From: Escherichia coli
GTDB taxonomy: Bacteria > Pseudomonadota > Gammaproteobacteria > Enterobacterales > Enterobacteriaceae
Strand: one strand, 5' to 3'
DNA: 64,000 nucleotides
Assembly: GCF_024298765.1 (NCBI RefSeq)
Contig: NZ_CP101210.1
Position 1 is the stretch's first letter, and every line of letters begins with the position of its first letter. The position numbers and the translations under genes are program-made. Shown piece after piece: positions 45,299-59,241 of the stretch. The notes beneath the pieces are model-generated. The model was given only the letters and a program-made list of their open reading frames with translations, had not been told where the DNA came from and did not search any database.

Positions 45299-45483
45299 TA
45301 ATGCACCTCTTTTAATTCATACACTGCTGAAATAATGACTTGTGATAAGCCATATTCTGATGATTCGCTTCTCACCGCAGCAATAGCCGTCTGAACATTA
45401 ACAGCCTTCACATTCTGAGCGATACCAATTGTGTGGCCTATTGGGTTAACAGCTCGGGCAAATACACGGAAGGTTTTAAGCAT
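45298..45483 (-). CDS. hypothetical protein
   Basis: 61-aa ORF in operon. Confidence 0.5.
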   Translation of the reverse strand: MLKTFRVFARAVNPIGHTIGIAQNVKAVNVQTAIAAVRSESSEYGLSQVIISAVYELKEVH

Positions 45484-45673
45484 GACTCACTCCCTGGCGG
45501 ATTTTTGCAGCGAATACAGCAACACAACCGGACGGGCAACGGCTACGCGCTTCGCGTTCCGTCCAGGCGGTTACGTGGATGATTTGAGATTCTCCGGCAC
45601 TCAGTGCCAGAAAACGCCACACAAAGGCCGTTTGTGTGTGTACAAGGTGTGGTATATGATTTACAGCAACCAT
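45476..45673 (-). CDS. hypothetical small protein (first gene of leftward operon)
   Basis: 65 codons from internal ATG preceded by AGGAG at -7; rest of the 243-aa ORF-track call rejected. Confidence 0.35.
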   Translation of the reverse strand: MVAVNHIPHLVHTQTAFVWRFLALSAGESQIIHVTAWTEREARSRCPSGCVAVFAAKIRQGVSHA

Positions 45674-45764
45674 AACGGCTCCTAGTTTACGTTGTTGGTT
45701 AGACGCCCCGTATGTGTTCCCAGCACTGCGGGGCGTTGCTCTTTGTATTTCAACAATCCTTTCG

Positions 45765-45797
45765 GTGTGTTTCATGTTATGAGCGCATGAAACACAC
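45765..45797. promoter_or_regulatory. operator-like inverted repeat in divergent promoter region
   Basis: tgtgtttcatg-N9-catgaaacaca perfect 11-bp arms; third half-site tgaaacacac at 45832-45841. Confidence 0.6.
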
Positions 45798-45863
45798 GTC
45801 AAGGCTTTTTGTATTTCTTTTTTTGTGTATACTGAAACACACCGATGATTAGGAGTTTCAGAA

Positions 45864-46169
45864 ATGGCAACGGCTAACAAAAACGCAAAATCACAACTGA
45901 CAACTGTCAGAGTCCCACTAGATGTTATGCAAGGGATGGAATCCGTTAAGCTGGACGGTGAAAGCAATGCCGGATTTATCGTAACCGCCATGCGCGGTGA
46001 AATCGCCCGCCGCCAGGCAGAAGGAAGCGGAGAAAATCCCCTCGTGTCTTCACTGGATGCCTTAGCTAAGGTCGAACAAATCGGCATCAAGGCAGCGGAG
46101 GAAATCGGGCAACTCGTAGCCGTCGCTCGTGAAGAACTCCAGCGGCGTAAAGCCAAAGAATCTGAATAA
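45864..46169 (+). CDS. small DNA-binding protein, ribbon-helix-helix-like, putative island regulator
   Basis: 101-aa ORF with AGGAG RBS, divergent from the replication/packaging operon; N-terminus LTTVRVPLDVMQGMESV resembles RHH. Confidence 0.55.
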   Translation: MATANKNAKSQLTTVRVPLDVMQGMESVKLDGESNAGFIVTAMRGEIARRQAEGSGENPLVSSLDALAKVEQIGIKAAEEIGQLVAVAREELQRRKAKESE

Positions 46170-46519
46170 TTAGTATCAGCGCCGTGATGTGAGTAACTAC
46201 GGCGCATTGCTATGTAAATACTGGCAATAAACAGAAAAGGTAGTTCTACTCCGAATAATTTTATCTGACACTACTCCTGAACTAACATGCGCTTATCTTA
46301 CAGGATATAAATATAAATCCATAAAATCACGATTAAATAAAGTCGCTCCAAACATAAACCACACCCAACGCTTAACAAGATAGCAACAAACAGGTAAATA
46401 ACTTGCAGAAATATTTATCGCAAGGATTATCATTATTAATGACAAATCACTTTACCAAGTCATTCCCCTCTCTTATCATAAAGAGAAAGTAATAAATAAG
46501 TTAAGGGAGTTAGAATGCT

Positions 46520-47056
46520 ATGAATCTAAAAAAAATAGCCACAAACACAAAAAACAAGATAACAGAAACATTTAATAAACTTATATTAGAGGCATCTAAA
46601 ACCCCCACACAAGATGAAATTAAAATACTTGAGAGAAGGAGTAAGAAGTTTAATTACTCCTTTTTCTCATACGCAGTCACAGGAGCTATAATAGTTTTTT
46701 GCTCTCAACCATTAATTAAATACGCAAACCCAATACTTATTTTATTGAGTGGTCTGTTACTGTCTATCATCATTATCATTCTCAGAATGATTTATATTTC
46801 ACAAGCGAATGCATCATGGACAACCAAAAAACGCTCACATGTACTAGTTCATTTTCTTTCTGCATGTTTCATAGCATCAACATTGACGTTGCTATATCAG
46901 GCTTACGATAATAACATCACACACAAATTGTACTGTAAAAATATACAACAACTTATTGAAAAAAGGATAAAAACAGAAAAAAACATCAGCATATTCAGTG
47001 GGATGCAATGCACCCCGGTATATGATTACTCTTTATTTGGATTTAATCTCTTATAA
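46520..47056 (+). CDS. hypothetical membrane protein (very low GC cargo)
   Basis: 178-aa ORF with ~3 predicted TM helices; RBS GGGAG; AT-rich. Confidence 0.6.
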   Translation: MNLKKIATNTKNKITETFNKLILEASKTPTQDEIKILERRSKKFNYSFFSYAVTGAIIVFCSQPLIKYANPILILLSGLLLSIIIIILRMIYISQANASWTTKKRSHVLVHFLSACFIASTLTLLYQAYDNNITHKLYCKNIQQLIEKRIKTEKNISIFSGMQCTPVYDYSLFGFNLL

Positions 47057-47125
47057 AGAATGTTATTACTGATTTGAGTACAAATTCTCAAATCAGTAAT
47101 TCATAATATTTTATTCTGAGATAAT

Positions 47126-47362
47126 TTAAACTACCCACTCACCTCGAATCCATGCCTGCACTTCTGAAAGACGATATGCAACAGCAGTGGAACCAATCTT
47201 GATCCGCTTAGGAAATTTTCCTTCCTTCTCCAGCTTCCAGCGTGTGCTGTTCGCAAGAGTGGTTAGCTCCCGACATTCTTTCTCACGGATCATTCGGTCA
47301 ATGTTAGGAATGTACTCCAGACCCTTTTTATCAACAATTGCCATTTTTTTCATGTTAACCAA
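47126..47362 (-). CDS. alpA: AlpA-family transcriptional regulator/excisionase
   Basis: 78-aa ORF; motif ELTTLANSTRWKLEKEGKFPKRIKIGSTAVAYRLSEVQAWI; immediately downstream of int. Confidence 0.8.
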   Translation of the reverse strand: MVNMKKMAIVDKKGLEYIPNIDRMIREKECRELTTLANSTRWKLEKEGKFPKRIKIGSTAVAYRLSEVQAWIRGEWVV

Positions 47363-48590
47363 CCTTTTGTTTGAGGATTGTCACTTTTGAATCAGCACCT
47401 GCGATGCTATTGAGATATGTAGTCCAGAGTTCCAGAGCATCCAGTTTTTTAGCCATAAACTTACTCCGGTTGTAAACACCTGCCACGCCAGGTAGCGCAT
47501 GGCCTAACAGTTGTTCTACTACATAAAATTCAACACCGAGATCACTTAGATGAGTAGATAGCGTTCTTCTAAGGTCGTGTAGTGACCATTGTTTTTCATG
47601 GCCCAAACGTTTACCGATTTTCCCCCCAATCTTGCTTACGCTTTCTCTAATTCGCAGACTTCCCAGCACATAACCAGTATGTTTTGTCTCTTCGTGAACA
47701 TCCGTTACCCACTGTCGTAGAATTTCAGGTACTGGTCTGACGATTTCAACACCAGTTTTTGAGTGATCTTTTGGTACAGTCCAAACCCAACTTTCGAGAT
47801 CCCATTCGCTCCATTCTGATAATCGGGCTTCACTCATTCGACATCCAAATACTGTACAAAGCACAAACATTTTTCGCGTGTATTCAGACATTAGTTTTAA
47901 ATCAGGCTCGACAAAAATTGCCTTCCAGAGCTGGCCGAGTTCGGCTTCATCCAGAACCCGATCCCGCTTACCTGCAATCTGCCCCACATCACTCATGCGC
48001 AAATCCTTTAAAGCATCACACGTCGCGTACTGGCGTACCCGACAAAAACGAAGAGCTAATTTAGTGTCAGAAAAAACATACGCCGCCATAACTGGTGCAT
48101 TACGTTTAATTCGGTCAAAACAGTCCAGCCATTCATATAGGTGAGTGTCATTTACGGGCAAATGACCGATATAGGGAAAGATATGCTTTCGAAATCTGCC
48201 AAGCGTTACAGCATGAGTTTTACGACGCACCTTACAGTAATTTTCATACCAGTAATTTAGTGCATCCTCCACTGTAACTGGCTTTAAGCGTTCTTCAGCC
48301 TGAATCTTAATCTGGATACGCGGATCACGTTTGTCAGCCAACCAACCACGGCACTCGTCGCGCTTTTCCCTTGCCTGTTTGAGTGACATATCAGGATATT
48401 TACCCAACGTTAGCCAGACCGGAGCAGCCCGGCCACCTGCTAACCTGTAGAAGAAAACAAAGCTCACAGCCCCTTTAGTACTCACACGAATAGAAAGCCC
48501 CTTTCCATCAGCAATGGTGATCTGCTTTTCTCTGGGTTTCCCCAGATATCCTTTAAGCGCTTTGTCGCTCAGTTTGTTCTCGCCAGCCAT
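47355..48590 (-). CDS. int: tyrosine site-specific integrase (P4-type)
   Basis: 411 aa from MAGENKLSDKALKGY; catalytic R...HDLRRT...LLGH...Y motifs; adjacent to right island junction. Confidence 0.9.
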   Translation of the reverse strand: MAGENKLSDKALKGYLGKPREKQITIADGKGLSIRVSTKGAVSFVFFYRLAGGRAAPVWLTLGKYPDMSLKQAREKRDECRGWLADKRDPRIQIKIQAEERLKPVTVEDALNYWYENYCKVRRKTHAVTLGRFRKHIFPYIGHLPVNDTHLYEWLDCFDRIKRNAPVMAAYVFSDTKLALRFCRVRQYATCDALKDLRMSDVGQIAGKRDRVLDEAELGQLWKAIFVEPDLKLMSEYTRKMFVLCTVFGCRMSEARLSEWSEWDLESWVWTVPKDHSKTGVEIVRPVPEILRQWVTDVHEETKHTGYVLGSLRIRESVSKIGGKIGKRLGHEKQWSLHDLRRTLSTHLSDLGVEFYVVEQLLGHALPGVAGVYNRSKFMAKKLDALELWTTYLNSIAGADSKVTILKQKVG

Positions 48591-48752
48591 TTTTAGCCCC
48601 AAAAAGCAATACAAGCTGCAATACAGAGATGATTGCAACACACAGATAACGAGGAAAATTCAGTGAAAGCACCAGATAAACTTATTCTTTATTATCAAAA
48701 GATTAAGTGTAAAAACCAGCAACTACACGAAAGCCTCAGAAAGCCATGCTAA

Positions 48753-48998
48753 GTGCTTGGGTTTGACATATCCCGGCGTAAATTCAGAGGTGGAGCCGCC
48801 ACGGGAACGGATAACCTCACCGGAAACAATCGGCGAAACGTACAGCGCCATGTTTACCAGTCCCGGAATTTGTGAGAGATAGACTTTCTCCGTAGTGAAG
48901 GGATAGCTCTCACGGAAAAAGAGACGCAGAAACAGCGGATCAAACTTAAATTTCTGCTCATTTGCCGCCAGCAGCTGGGCGGTTGTGTACATCGACAT
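48753..48998 (-). pseudogene. E: major capsid protein E, N-terminal portion (82 codons) truncated by island
   Basis: MSMYTTAQLLAANEQKFKFDPLFLRL...GYVKPKH then island-derived LAWLSEAFV and stop. Confidence 0.9.
48754..48763. repeat. island right junction direct repeat (att core) tgcttgggtt
   Basis: Identical to 37870-37879. Confidence 0.8.
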
Positions 48999-49053
48999 AA
49001 AAAAATCCCGTAAAAAAAGCCGCACAGGCGGCCTTTAGTGATGAAGGGTAAAG

Positions 49054-49386
49054 TTAAACGATGCTGATTGCCGTTCCGGCAAACGCGGTCCGTTTTTTCG
49101 TCTCGTCGCTGGCAGCCTCCGGCCAGAGCACATCCTCATAACGGAACGTGCCGGACTTGTAGAACGTCAGCGTGGTGCTGGTCTGGTCAGCATCAACCGC
49201 CAGAATGCCAACGGCAGCACCGTCGGTGGTGCCATCCCACGCAACCAGCTTACGGGTGGAGGTATCCAGCATCAGCGGGGTCATTGCAGGCGCTTTCGCA
49301 CTCAATCCGCCGGGCGCGGTTGCCGTATGTGCCGGGTCACTGTTGCCCAGCGGCTGGTAATGGGTAAAGGTTTCTTTGCTCGTCAT
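49054..49386 (-). CDS. D: head decoration protein D
   Basis: 110 aa from [12 protein letters not shown], matches lambda gpD. Confidence 0.95.
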   Translation of the reverse strand: MTSKETFTHYQPLGNSDPAHTATAPGGLSAKAPAMTPLMLDTSTRKLVAWDGTTDGAAVGILAVDADQTSTTLTFYKSGTFRYEDVLWPEAASDETKKRTAFAGTAISIV

Positions 49387-49395
49387 AAACATCCC

Positions 49396-50695
49396 TTACA
49401 CTGGTGTGTTCAGCAAATCGTTAACGGCATCAGATGCCGGGTTACCTGCAGCCAGCGGTGCCGGTGCCCCCTGCATCAGACGATCCAGCGCAGTGTCACT
49501 GCGCGCCTGTGCACTCTGTGGTGCAGCTGCCAGAATGCGGCGGGCCGTTTCCACGGTCATACCGGGGGTTTCGGCCAGCACGCGTGCCTGTTCTTCGCGT
49601 CCGTGAGCCTCCTCACAGTTGAGGATCCCCATAATGCGACTGTTTTCTGCCGCAACCGCTGCGGTGATCTGCGCGTTCACGTCCGGCTGCGCCGCGCTGG
49701 CGTTCTCGCCCTCCGTCGCTTGCACCACGCCAGTAACGTCAGCCTGCGAAGCAGTGGCTGAAACAGTTGTTGATTGAGTCTCTTTGGTCATTCGCCCTCC
49801 TGAGAGACGGGATTTACGTGCATCCAGTGCATCACGCATGACGGTGATCGCATCGGTACTGTTAACAAGTTCATCAGCCAGTCCGGCATCAATGGCCTCC
49901 TGACCGCTGTACACTGCAGCCTCGGTATCCAGCACAGCCTGCACGGACAGGCCGGTATATGCCGACACCTTCTGTGCAAACATCTGGCGGGTTGCGTCCA
50001 TCCGGGACTGCAGTGTCTCCCGGACGTCATCCGGAAGATGGCTGTAGGGATTGCCATCCACCTTATGGCTGCCGCTGTAAATCAGCGTGATTTCCACACC
50101 CTGTTTCTCCAGGGCAGCACCGTAATTACTGTGAGCCATCATGACGCCGATGGAGCCTGTCCGGGCGGTCTGCGTGACCAGACGCCGGGAGGCGGCACTG
50201 GCAAGCAGCTGACCTGCACTGCAGTTCATGTCGTTGGCCAGCGCCCATACCGGTTTTATGTCACGCACACGGGCGATGATGTCAGCGCAGTCAAATGCCC
50301 CCGCCACCATTCCGCCTGGCGTGTCCATATCGAGCAGAATGCCGTCCACCATCGGGTCGCTGGCAGCCTGTTGCAGACGGGCGATAATGCCGTTGTAACC
50401 GGTCATCCCCGAGTACGGCTGCAGCGCCCGCGTCCGGCTGACCAGCGTGCCGGACACCGGCAGCACGGCGATGCCGTTCATGACCTGATAACTGCGGGCC
50501 TGTCGTGGTCCGTCATCATCACCGGATAATGCCAGCGTCGCGAGTGCCTCCTGGGCAGTCAGGCTGTCGCCGGACACCGCATCCGTCAGGCGGCTGATCC
50601 CAAGCTGGCCTGCAAGCGCACAAAAGAAAACCCGCGCATAGGCGGGTTCAAGCATCAGCGGCTCATTAAAGGCCATGCTGGCAATATGCGGGAGA

Positions 50696-50715
<20 letters not shown>
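49396..50715 (-). CDS. C: capsid assembly protease C (with nested scaffold Nu3 frame)
   Basis: Matches lambda gpC from (GTG)TAELRNLPHIASMAF; the 484-aa ORF-track start is an extension; exact start uncertain. Confidence 0.85.
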
Positions 50716-54396
<3,681 letters not shown>

Positions 54397-54422
<26 letters not shown>

Positions 54423-54942
54423 TCAGCAACCCCGGTATCAGTTCATCCAGCGCGGCTGCTTTGTTCATAGCTTTGATGATATCCCGTTTCAGGAAATCAA
54501 CATGTCGGTTTTCCAGTTCCGGAAAACGCCGCTGCACCGACAGGGGGATCCCGTCGAGAATACTGGCAATTTCACCTGCGATCCGCGACAGCACGAAAGT
54601 ACAGAATGCGGTTTCCACCACTTCAGCTGAGTCTCTGGCATTCTTCAGTTCCTGTGCGTCGGCCTGCGCACGCGTAAGTCGATGGCGTTCGTACTCAATA
54701 GTCCCTGGCTGCAGATCTGTCTCGCTGGCCTGCCGCAGTTCTTCAACTTCCCGGCGCAGCTTTTCGTTCTCAATTTCAGCATCCCTTTCGGCATACCATT
54801 TTATAACGGCGGCAGAGTCATAAAGCACCTCATTACCCTTGCCACCGCCTCGCAGAACGGGCATTCCCTGTTCCTGCCAGTTCTGAATGGTACGGATACT
54901 CGCACCGAAAATGTCAGCCAGCTGCTTTTTGTTGACTTCCAT
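54397..54942 (-). CDS. Nu1: terminase small subunit Nu1
   Basis: 181-aa ORF matching lambda Nu1 end to end. Confidence 0.95.
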
Positions 54943-55099
54943 TGTTCATTCCACGGCCAAAAACAGAGAAAGGAAACGACAAAGGCCCAAAAGTTCGTTT
55001 TCAGCACCTGTCGTTTCCTTTCTTTTCAGGGGTTATTTTAAATAAAAACATTAAGTTACGACGAAGAAGAACGGAAACACCTTAAACCGGAAAATTTTC

Positions 55100-55165
55100 A
55101 TAAATAGCAAAAACCCGCGAGGTCGCCGCCCCGTAACCTGTCGGATCGCCGGAAAGGACCCGTAA
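55100..55165. other. prophage cos site (cosN cohesive-end 12-mer at 55120-55131)
   Basis: aggtcgccgccc = reverse complement of lambda cohesive end GGGCGGCGACCT; flanking sequence matches lambda left/right ends. Confidence 0.9.
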
Positions 55166-55330
55166 AGTGATAATGATTATCATCTACATATCACAACGTG
55201 CGTGGAGGCCATCAAACCACGTCAAATAATCAATTATGACGCAGGTATCGTATTAATTGATCTGCATCAACTTAACGTAAAAACAACTTCAGACAATACA
55301 AATCAGCGACACTGAATACGGGGCAACCTC

Positions 55331-55525
55331 ATGTCAACGAAGAACAGAACCCGCAGAACAACAACCCGCAACATCCGCTTTCCTAACCAAATGATTGAAC
55401 AAATTAACATCGCTCTTGAGCAAAAAGGGTCCGGGAATTTCTCAGCCTGGGTCATTGAAGCCTGCCGTCGGAGACTAACGTCAGAAAAGAGAGCATATAC
55501 ATCAATCCAGAGTGATGATGAATAA
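55331..55525 (+). CDS. hypothetical protein of lambda right end
   Basis: 64-aa ORF in sequence matching the lambda genome right end. Confidence 0.7.
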   Translation: MSTKNRTRRTTTRNIRFPNQMIEQINIALEQKGSGNFSAWVIEACRRRLTSEKRAYTSIQSDDE

Positions 55526-55886
55526 ACATCCCGGTTTCTTCCACCATCGCACCGGAAAAGCGACTATGAGGGTAACCCTGCGTCTGTCAGCACAGTAAAA
55601 CCCGGTGTGCATCGTTTTTGATTATTCCCGCACACTCACGCAGAAGGAATTCCCCGTCGGGCTACGGTCATGGTTAATGCGGGAATACGGCGACGATACA
55701 GCGCAGCTAAAAGGGTAATGGACAGAAAGAGCGGTTTATTTCATTCCACAGGATTCTGAGTGCCCCCCCCTCCTCCAATAGGCTGAGCATCCACCTATAT
55801 AGTTTTAATTTTCATCAATCCATTTAACTATCGTTTAATTGTTGTCACATAGGATTCTGCCGTTTTTAACAATGCAGGATAATAAG

Positions 55887-56180
55887 ATGAAAAAAATGTT
55901 GTTTTCTGCCGCTCTGGCAATGCTTATTACAGGATGTGCTCAACAGACGTTTACTGTTGGAAACAAACCGACAGCAGTAACACCAAAGGAAACCATCACC
56001 CATCATTTCTTCGTTTCGGGAATTGGACAGGAGAAAACTGTTGATGCAGCCAAAATTTGTGGCGGCGCAGAAAATGTTGTTAAAACAGAAACCCAGCAAA
56101 CATTCGTAAATGGATTTCTCGGTTTTATTACTTTAGGCATTTATACTCCGCTGGAAGCGCGTGTGTATTGCTCACAATAA
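55887..56180 (+). CDS. bor: Bor lipoprotein (serum-resistance, Iss-like)
   Basis: 97 aa from MKKMLFSAALAMLITGCAQ (lipobox); matches lambda Bor. Confidence 0.92.
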   Translation: MKKMLFSAALAMLITGCAQQTFTVGNKPTAVTPKETITHHFFVSGIGQEKTVDAAKICGGAENVVKTETQQTFVNGFLGFITLGIYTPLEARVYCSQ

Positions 56181-56211
56181 TTGCATGAGTTGCCCATAGA
56201 TATGGGCAGCT

Positions 56212-56673
56212 CTATCTGCACTGCTCATTAATATACTTCTGGGTTCCTTCCAGTTGTTTTTGCATAGTAATCAGCCTCTCTCTGAGGGTGAAATAATCCC
56301 GTTCAGCGGTGTCTGCCAGTCGGGGGGAGGCTGCATTATCCACGCCGGAGGCGGTGGTGGCTTCACGCACTGACTGACAGACTGCTTTGATGTGCAACCG
56401 ACGACGACCAGCGGCAACATCATCACGCAGAGCATCATTTTCAGCTTTCGCATCAGCTAACTCCTTCGTGTATTTTGCATCGAGCGCAGCAACATCACGC
56501 TGACGCATCTGCATGTCAGTAATTGCCGCGTTCGCCAGCTTCAGTTCTCTGGCATTTTTGTCGCGCTGGGCTTTGTAGGTAATGGCGTTATCACGGTAAT
56601 GATTAACAGCCCATGACAGGCCGACGATGATGCAGATAACCAGAGCGGAGATAATCGCGGTTACTCTGTTCAT
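56212..56673 (-). CDS. Rz: i-spanin Rz
   Basis: 153 aa from [17 protein letters not shown], matches lambda Rz. Confidence 0.93.
   Translation of the reverse strand: MNRVTAIISALVICIIVGLSWAVNHYRDNAITYKAQRDKNARELKLANAAITDMQMRQRDVAALDAKYTKELADAKAENDALRDDVAAGRRRLHIKAVCQSVREATTASGVDNAASPRLADTAERDYFTLRERLITMQKQLEGTQKYINEQCR
56271..56453 (-). CDS. Rz1: o-spanin Rz1 (embedded in Rz, +1 frame)
   Basis: 60-aa lipoprotein ORF ...[23 protein letters not shown]... inside Rz. Confidence 0.9.
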   Translation of the reverse strand: MRKLKMMLCVMMLPLVVVGCTSKQSVSQCVKPPPPPAWIMQPPPDWQTPLNGIISPSERG

Positions 56674-57167
56674 TGCTGACCCCACAAACAGATTTCACGC
56701 TCAATCTCACGACGAGTCATGAGACCTTTCCATTGCTTACCGCCAGCATATGTCCAGCGACGTAGCTGATCACATGCGCCTTTAATATCACCCTGGTTTA
56801 TTTTGCGAAGAAGCGTCGATGTTCTGAAATTGCCAGCACCCACGTTGTAGACGAACGAGTAAAGAGCGCCGCGCGTTGTTTCCGGTATATCGACTTTGAT
56901 GTACGGGTTAATTTGTCTGGCGACAGTGGCAAGGTCTTTATTCAGGAGGGCTTTGCACTCTGCTTCGGTATACGTTTTACCGGGAATGATGTCTTTTCCT
57001 GTATGCCCGTGACATACAGTCCATACACCAACTATGTCTTTGTAAGGATTATGTCTCACACCTTCCAGACCATCGTTACCACTTGGGCCAGTGATTAATA
57101 CAGATGCTATAGCAATAGCCCCGCCACCAATAGCAGCAGCAACAGCTTTTCGTAATGATGGAGGCAT
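56670..57167 (-). CDS. R: SAR endolysin (phage 21 R-type lysozyme)
   Basis: 165-aa ORF with N-terminal signal-anchor-release domain and T4-lysozyme-like catalytic region. Confidence 0.92.
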   Translation of the reverse strand: MPPSLRKAVAAAIGGGAIAIASVLITGPSGNDGLEGVRHNPYKDIVGVWTVCHGHTGKDIIPGKTYTEAECKALLNKDLATVARQINPYIKVDIPETTRGALYSFVYNVGAGNFRTSTLLRKINQGDIKGACDQLRRWTYAGGKQWKGLMTRREIEREICLWGQQ

Positions 57168-57382
57168 TATCCACCTCTCGCAGCCTTGCGCTTATCTTCT
57201 TTAATCTTGAAATAAAGGTTTGTCAGGTACGTCAGCAGGCCAAATACCAGGCTACCCAGCACTCCAATTGCCGCCCACTGTGAGGGCGTGACTTTATCTA
57301 GCAGCTGTAAAAACCAGTACCCGGCACTACCTGCTGAGGTGCCATAGGCGACACCCGTTGTTAACTTATCCATGGATTTCAT
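57167..57382 (-). CDS. S: pinholin S (phage 21 type)
   Basis: 71-aa two-[31 protein letters not shown]... Confidence 0.9.
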
Positions 57383-57493
57383 AACCCCACCTCGCAGACA
57401 AAGCGGGTGTAAATTGAGGGAATACTACGAAACGTAACAGACTCGGAGTCAGTGAATAACTCAGGTATTGGGTTATCAGCTAATATCGAGACT

Positions 57494-57526
57494 CAAAAAA
57501 TGGAAAAACCCGCTCGACGGCGGGTT
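57494..57526 (-). terminator. rho-independent terminator upstream of S (tR'-like position)
   Basis: cccgccgtcgagcggg hairpin followed by TTTTTCCATTTTTT on the minus strand. Confidence 0.5.
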
Positions 57527-57954
57527 TAAGCTGTGTGACGAAGTAACCACTCTTAACAGCATAACCAATTTTTTACGTACGTAAACCACTAAATGATATT
57601 TGCGAGAATGCTACCGAGTATTGAAAACACCACTACAAATACATAAGCAAATCTCAACAAATAACCAACAAATAATTTCCAGTGTTATTTTTAGCTGGTT
57701 TAAATTGAACCTTCAAATTATAGAGCACTTATAAATAACAGCCGTTAATATAAATTGGCTAACAGATTTATTTTTATTCAGCCAAGAGCCATGAATAGGA
57801 TTCGATAGAAAAAAGTTCAGATAAAAATAGAGATCTACTTCACAAATCAAACGAGAAACCAAAACTTACATCTTGAAATAATCACATTGATTAGATGAAT
57901 ATTTATCGCGCAGTGACATCATTTTTTAATAATAGTTCAAAAAAAGGGCTCACG

Positions 57955-59052
57955 ATGAAAAAATTAACAGTGGCAATTTCTGCTGTAGCTGCATCAGTAC
58001 TGATGGCGATGTCTGCTCAGGCAGCTGAAATTTATAATAAAGACAGTAACAAGCTGGATCTGTACGGGAAAGTTAATGCTAAGCACTACTTCTCCTCTAA
58101 TGATGCAGATGATGGTGATACTACTTATGCCCGTCTTGGCTTCAAAGGTGAAACCCAAATCAACGATCAACTGACTGGTTTCGGTCAGTGGGAATATGAA
58201 TTCAAAGGCAACCGCGCTGAATCTCAAGGTTCCTCCAAAGATAAAACCCGTCTTGCCTTCGCTGGCCTGAAATTCGGTGACTACGGCTCCATCGATTACG
58301 GCCGTAACTACGGTGTAGCATACGACATCGGTGCGTGGACTGACGTCCTGCCAGAATTCGGTGGTGACACTTGGACTCAAACCGACGTGTTCATGACTCA
58401 ACGTGCAACTGGTGTTGCAACCTATCGTAACAACGACTTCTTTGGTCTGGTTGATGGTCTGAATTTTGCTGCTCAGTACCAAGGCAAAAACGATCGTAGC
58501 GATTTCGATAACTACACTGAAGGTAACGGTGATGGCTTCGGTTTCTCTGCTACCTATGAATACGAAGGATTCGGTATCGGTGCAACTTATGCGAAATCTG
58601 ATCGTACCGACACTCAAGTTAATGCAGGGAAAGTTCTTCCTGAAGTATTTGCTTCCGGTAAAAATGCAGAAGTTTGGGCCGCAGGTCTGAAATATGACGC
58701 TAACAACATTTACCTGGCCACTACCTATTCTGAAACCCAGAATATGACTGTATTTGCTGATCACTTCGTTGCTAATAAAGCCCAAAACTTCGAAGCTGTT
58801 GCACAATATCAGTTCGATTTCGGTCTGCGTCCGTCCGTTGCTTACCTGCAATCTAAAGGTAAGGATCTTGGAGTATGGGGCGATCAGGACTTAGTCAAAT
58901 ATGTTGATGTAGGTGCAACCTATTACTTCAACAAAAATATGTCTACTTTCGTTGATTACAAAATCAACCTGCTTGACAAAAATGACTTCACTAAAGCACT
59001 CGGTGTAAGCACTGATGACATCGTTGCTGTAGGTCTGGTTTACCAGTTCTAA
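57955..59052 (+). CDS. nmpC: OmpC-family outer membrane porin (NmpC/Lc-type phage moron)
   Basis: 365 aa from [23 protein letters not shown] signal peptide; porin ending in VYQF; inserted between Q and lysis genes on the opposite strand. Confidence 0.92.
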   Translation: MKKLTVAISAVAASVLMAMSAQAAEIYNKDSNKLDLYGKVNAKHYFSSNDADDGDTTYARLGFKGETQINDQLTGFGQWEYEFKGNRAESQGSSKDKTRLAFAGLKFGDYGSIDYGRNYGVAYDIGAWTDVLPEFGGDTWTQTDVFMTQRATGVATYRNNDFFGLVDGLNFAAQYQGKNDRSDFDNYTEGNGDGFGFSATYEYEGFGIGATYAKSDRTDTQVNAGKVLPEVFASGKNAEVWAAGLKYDANNIYLATTYSETQNMTVFADHFVANKAQNFEAVAQYQFDFGLRPSVAYLQSKGKDLGVWGDQDLVKYVDVGATYYFNKNMSTFVDYKINLLDKNDFTKALGVSTDDIVAVGLVYQF

Positions 59053-59189
59053 TCTGATTACGAAAAAGATATGTTGCGGGAGGCGTTGCCTCCCCAACAT
59101 ATAAGTGGCTCCCTCAAGCCACTTCCTTTAGAAGCACAACCTTGCTTCTAACTATATAAACCTTCTGTTATATATTACCCTTTATTTTT

Positions 59190-59216
59190 GGGGGCGTCTC
59201 AACGCCCCATTTTTAA
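59190..59216 (+). terminator. rho-independent terminator downstream of porin gene
   Basis: gggggcgtctcaacgcccc hairpin followed by ATTTTT. Confidence 0.6.
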
Positions 59217-59241
59217 TAATTTTTAGTAAACAATTGGCATA

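Larger units (their letters stand above)
37880..48753 (-). mobile_element. integrase-bearing PICI-like phage satellite island (~10.9 kb) inserted in prophage capsid gene E
   Basis: Bounded by 10-bp direct repeats; int-alpA at right end; primase/helicase, iteron origin, SSB, capsid and decoration homologs, cos-like site, terminase-small-subunit chimera, low-GC cargo. Confidence 0.85.

Noticed and set aside
45476-46207. 243-aa minus-strand ORF spanning the island divergent promoter region
   Set aside because: It overlaps the plus-strand RHH-like gene and the operator palindromes; only the last 65 codons, with their own RBS, are kept as a low-confidence gene.
57994-58851. 285-aa minus-strand ORF antisense to the porin gene
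   Set aside because: Embedded antisense within a porin with clear signal peptide and C-terminal Phe; no support.
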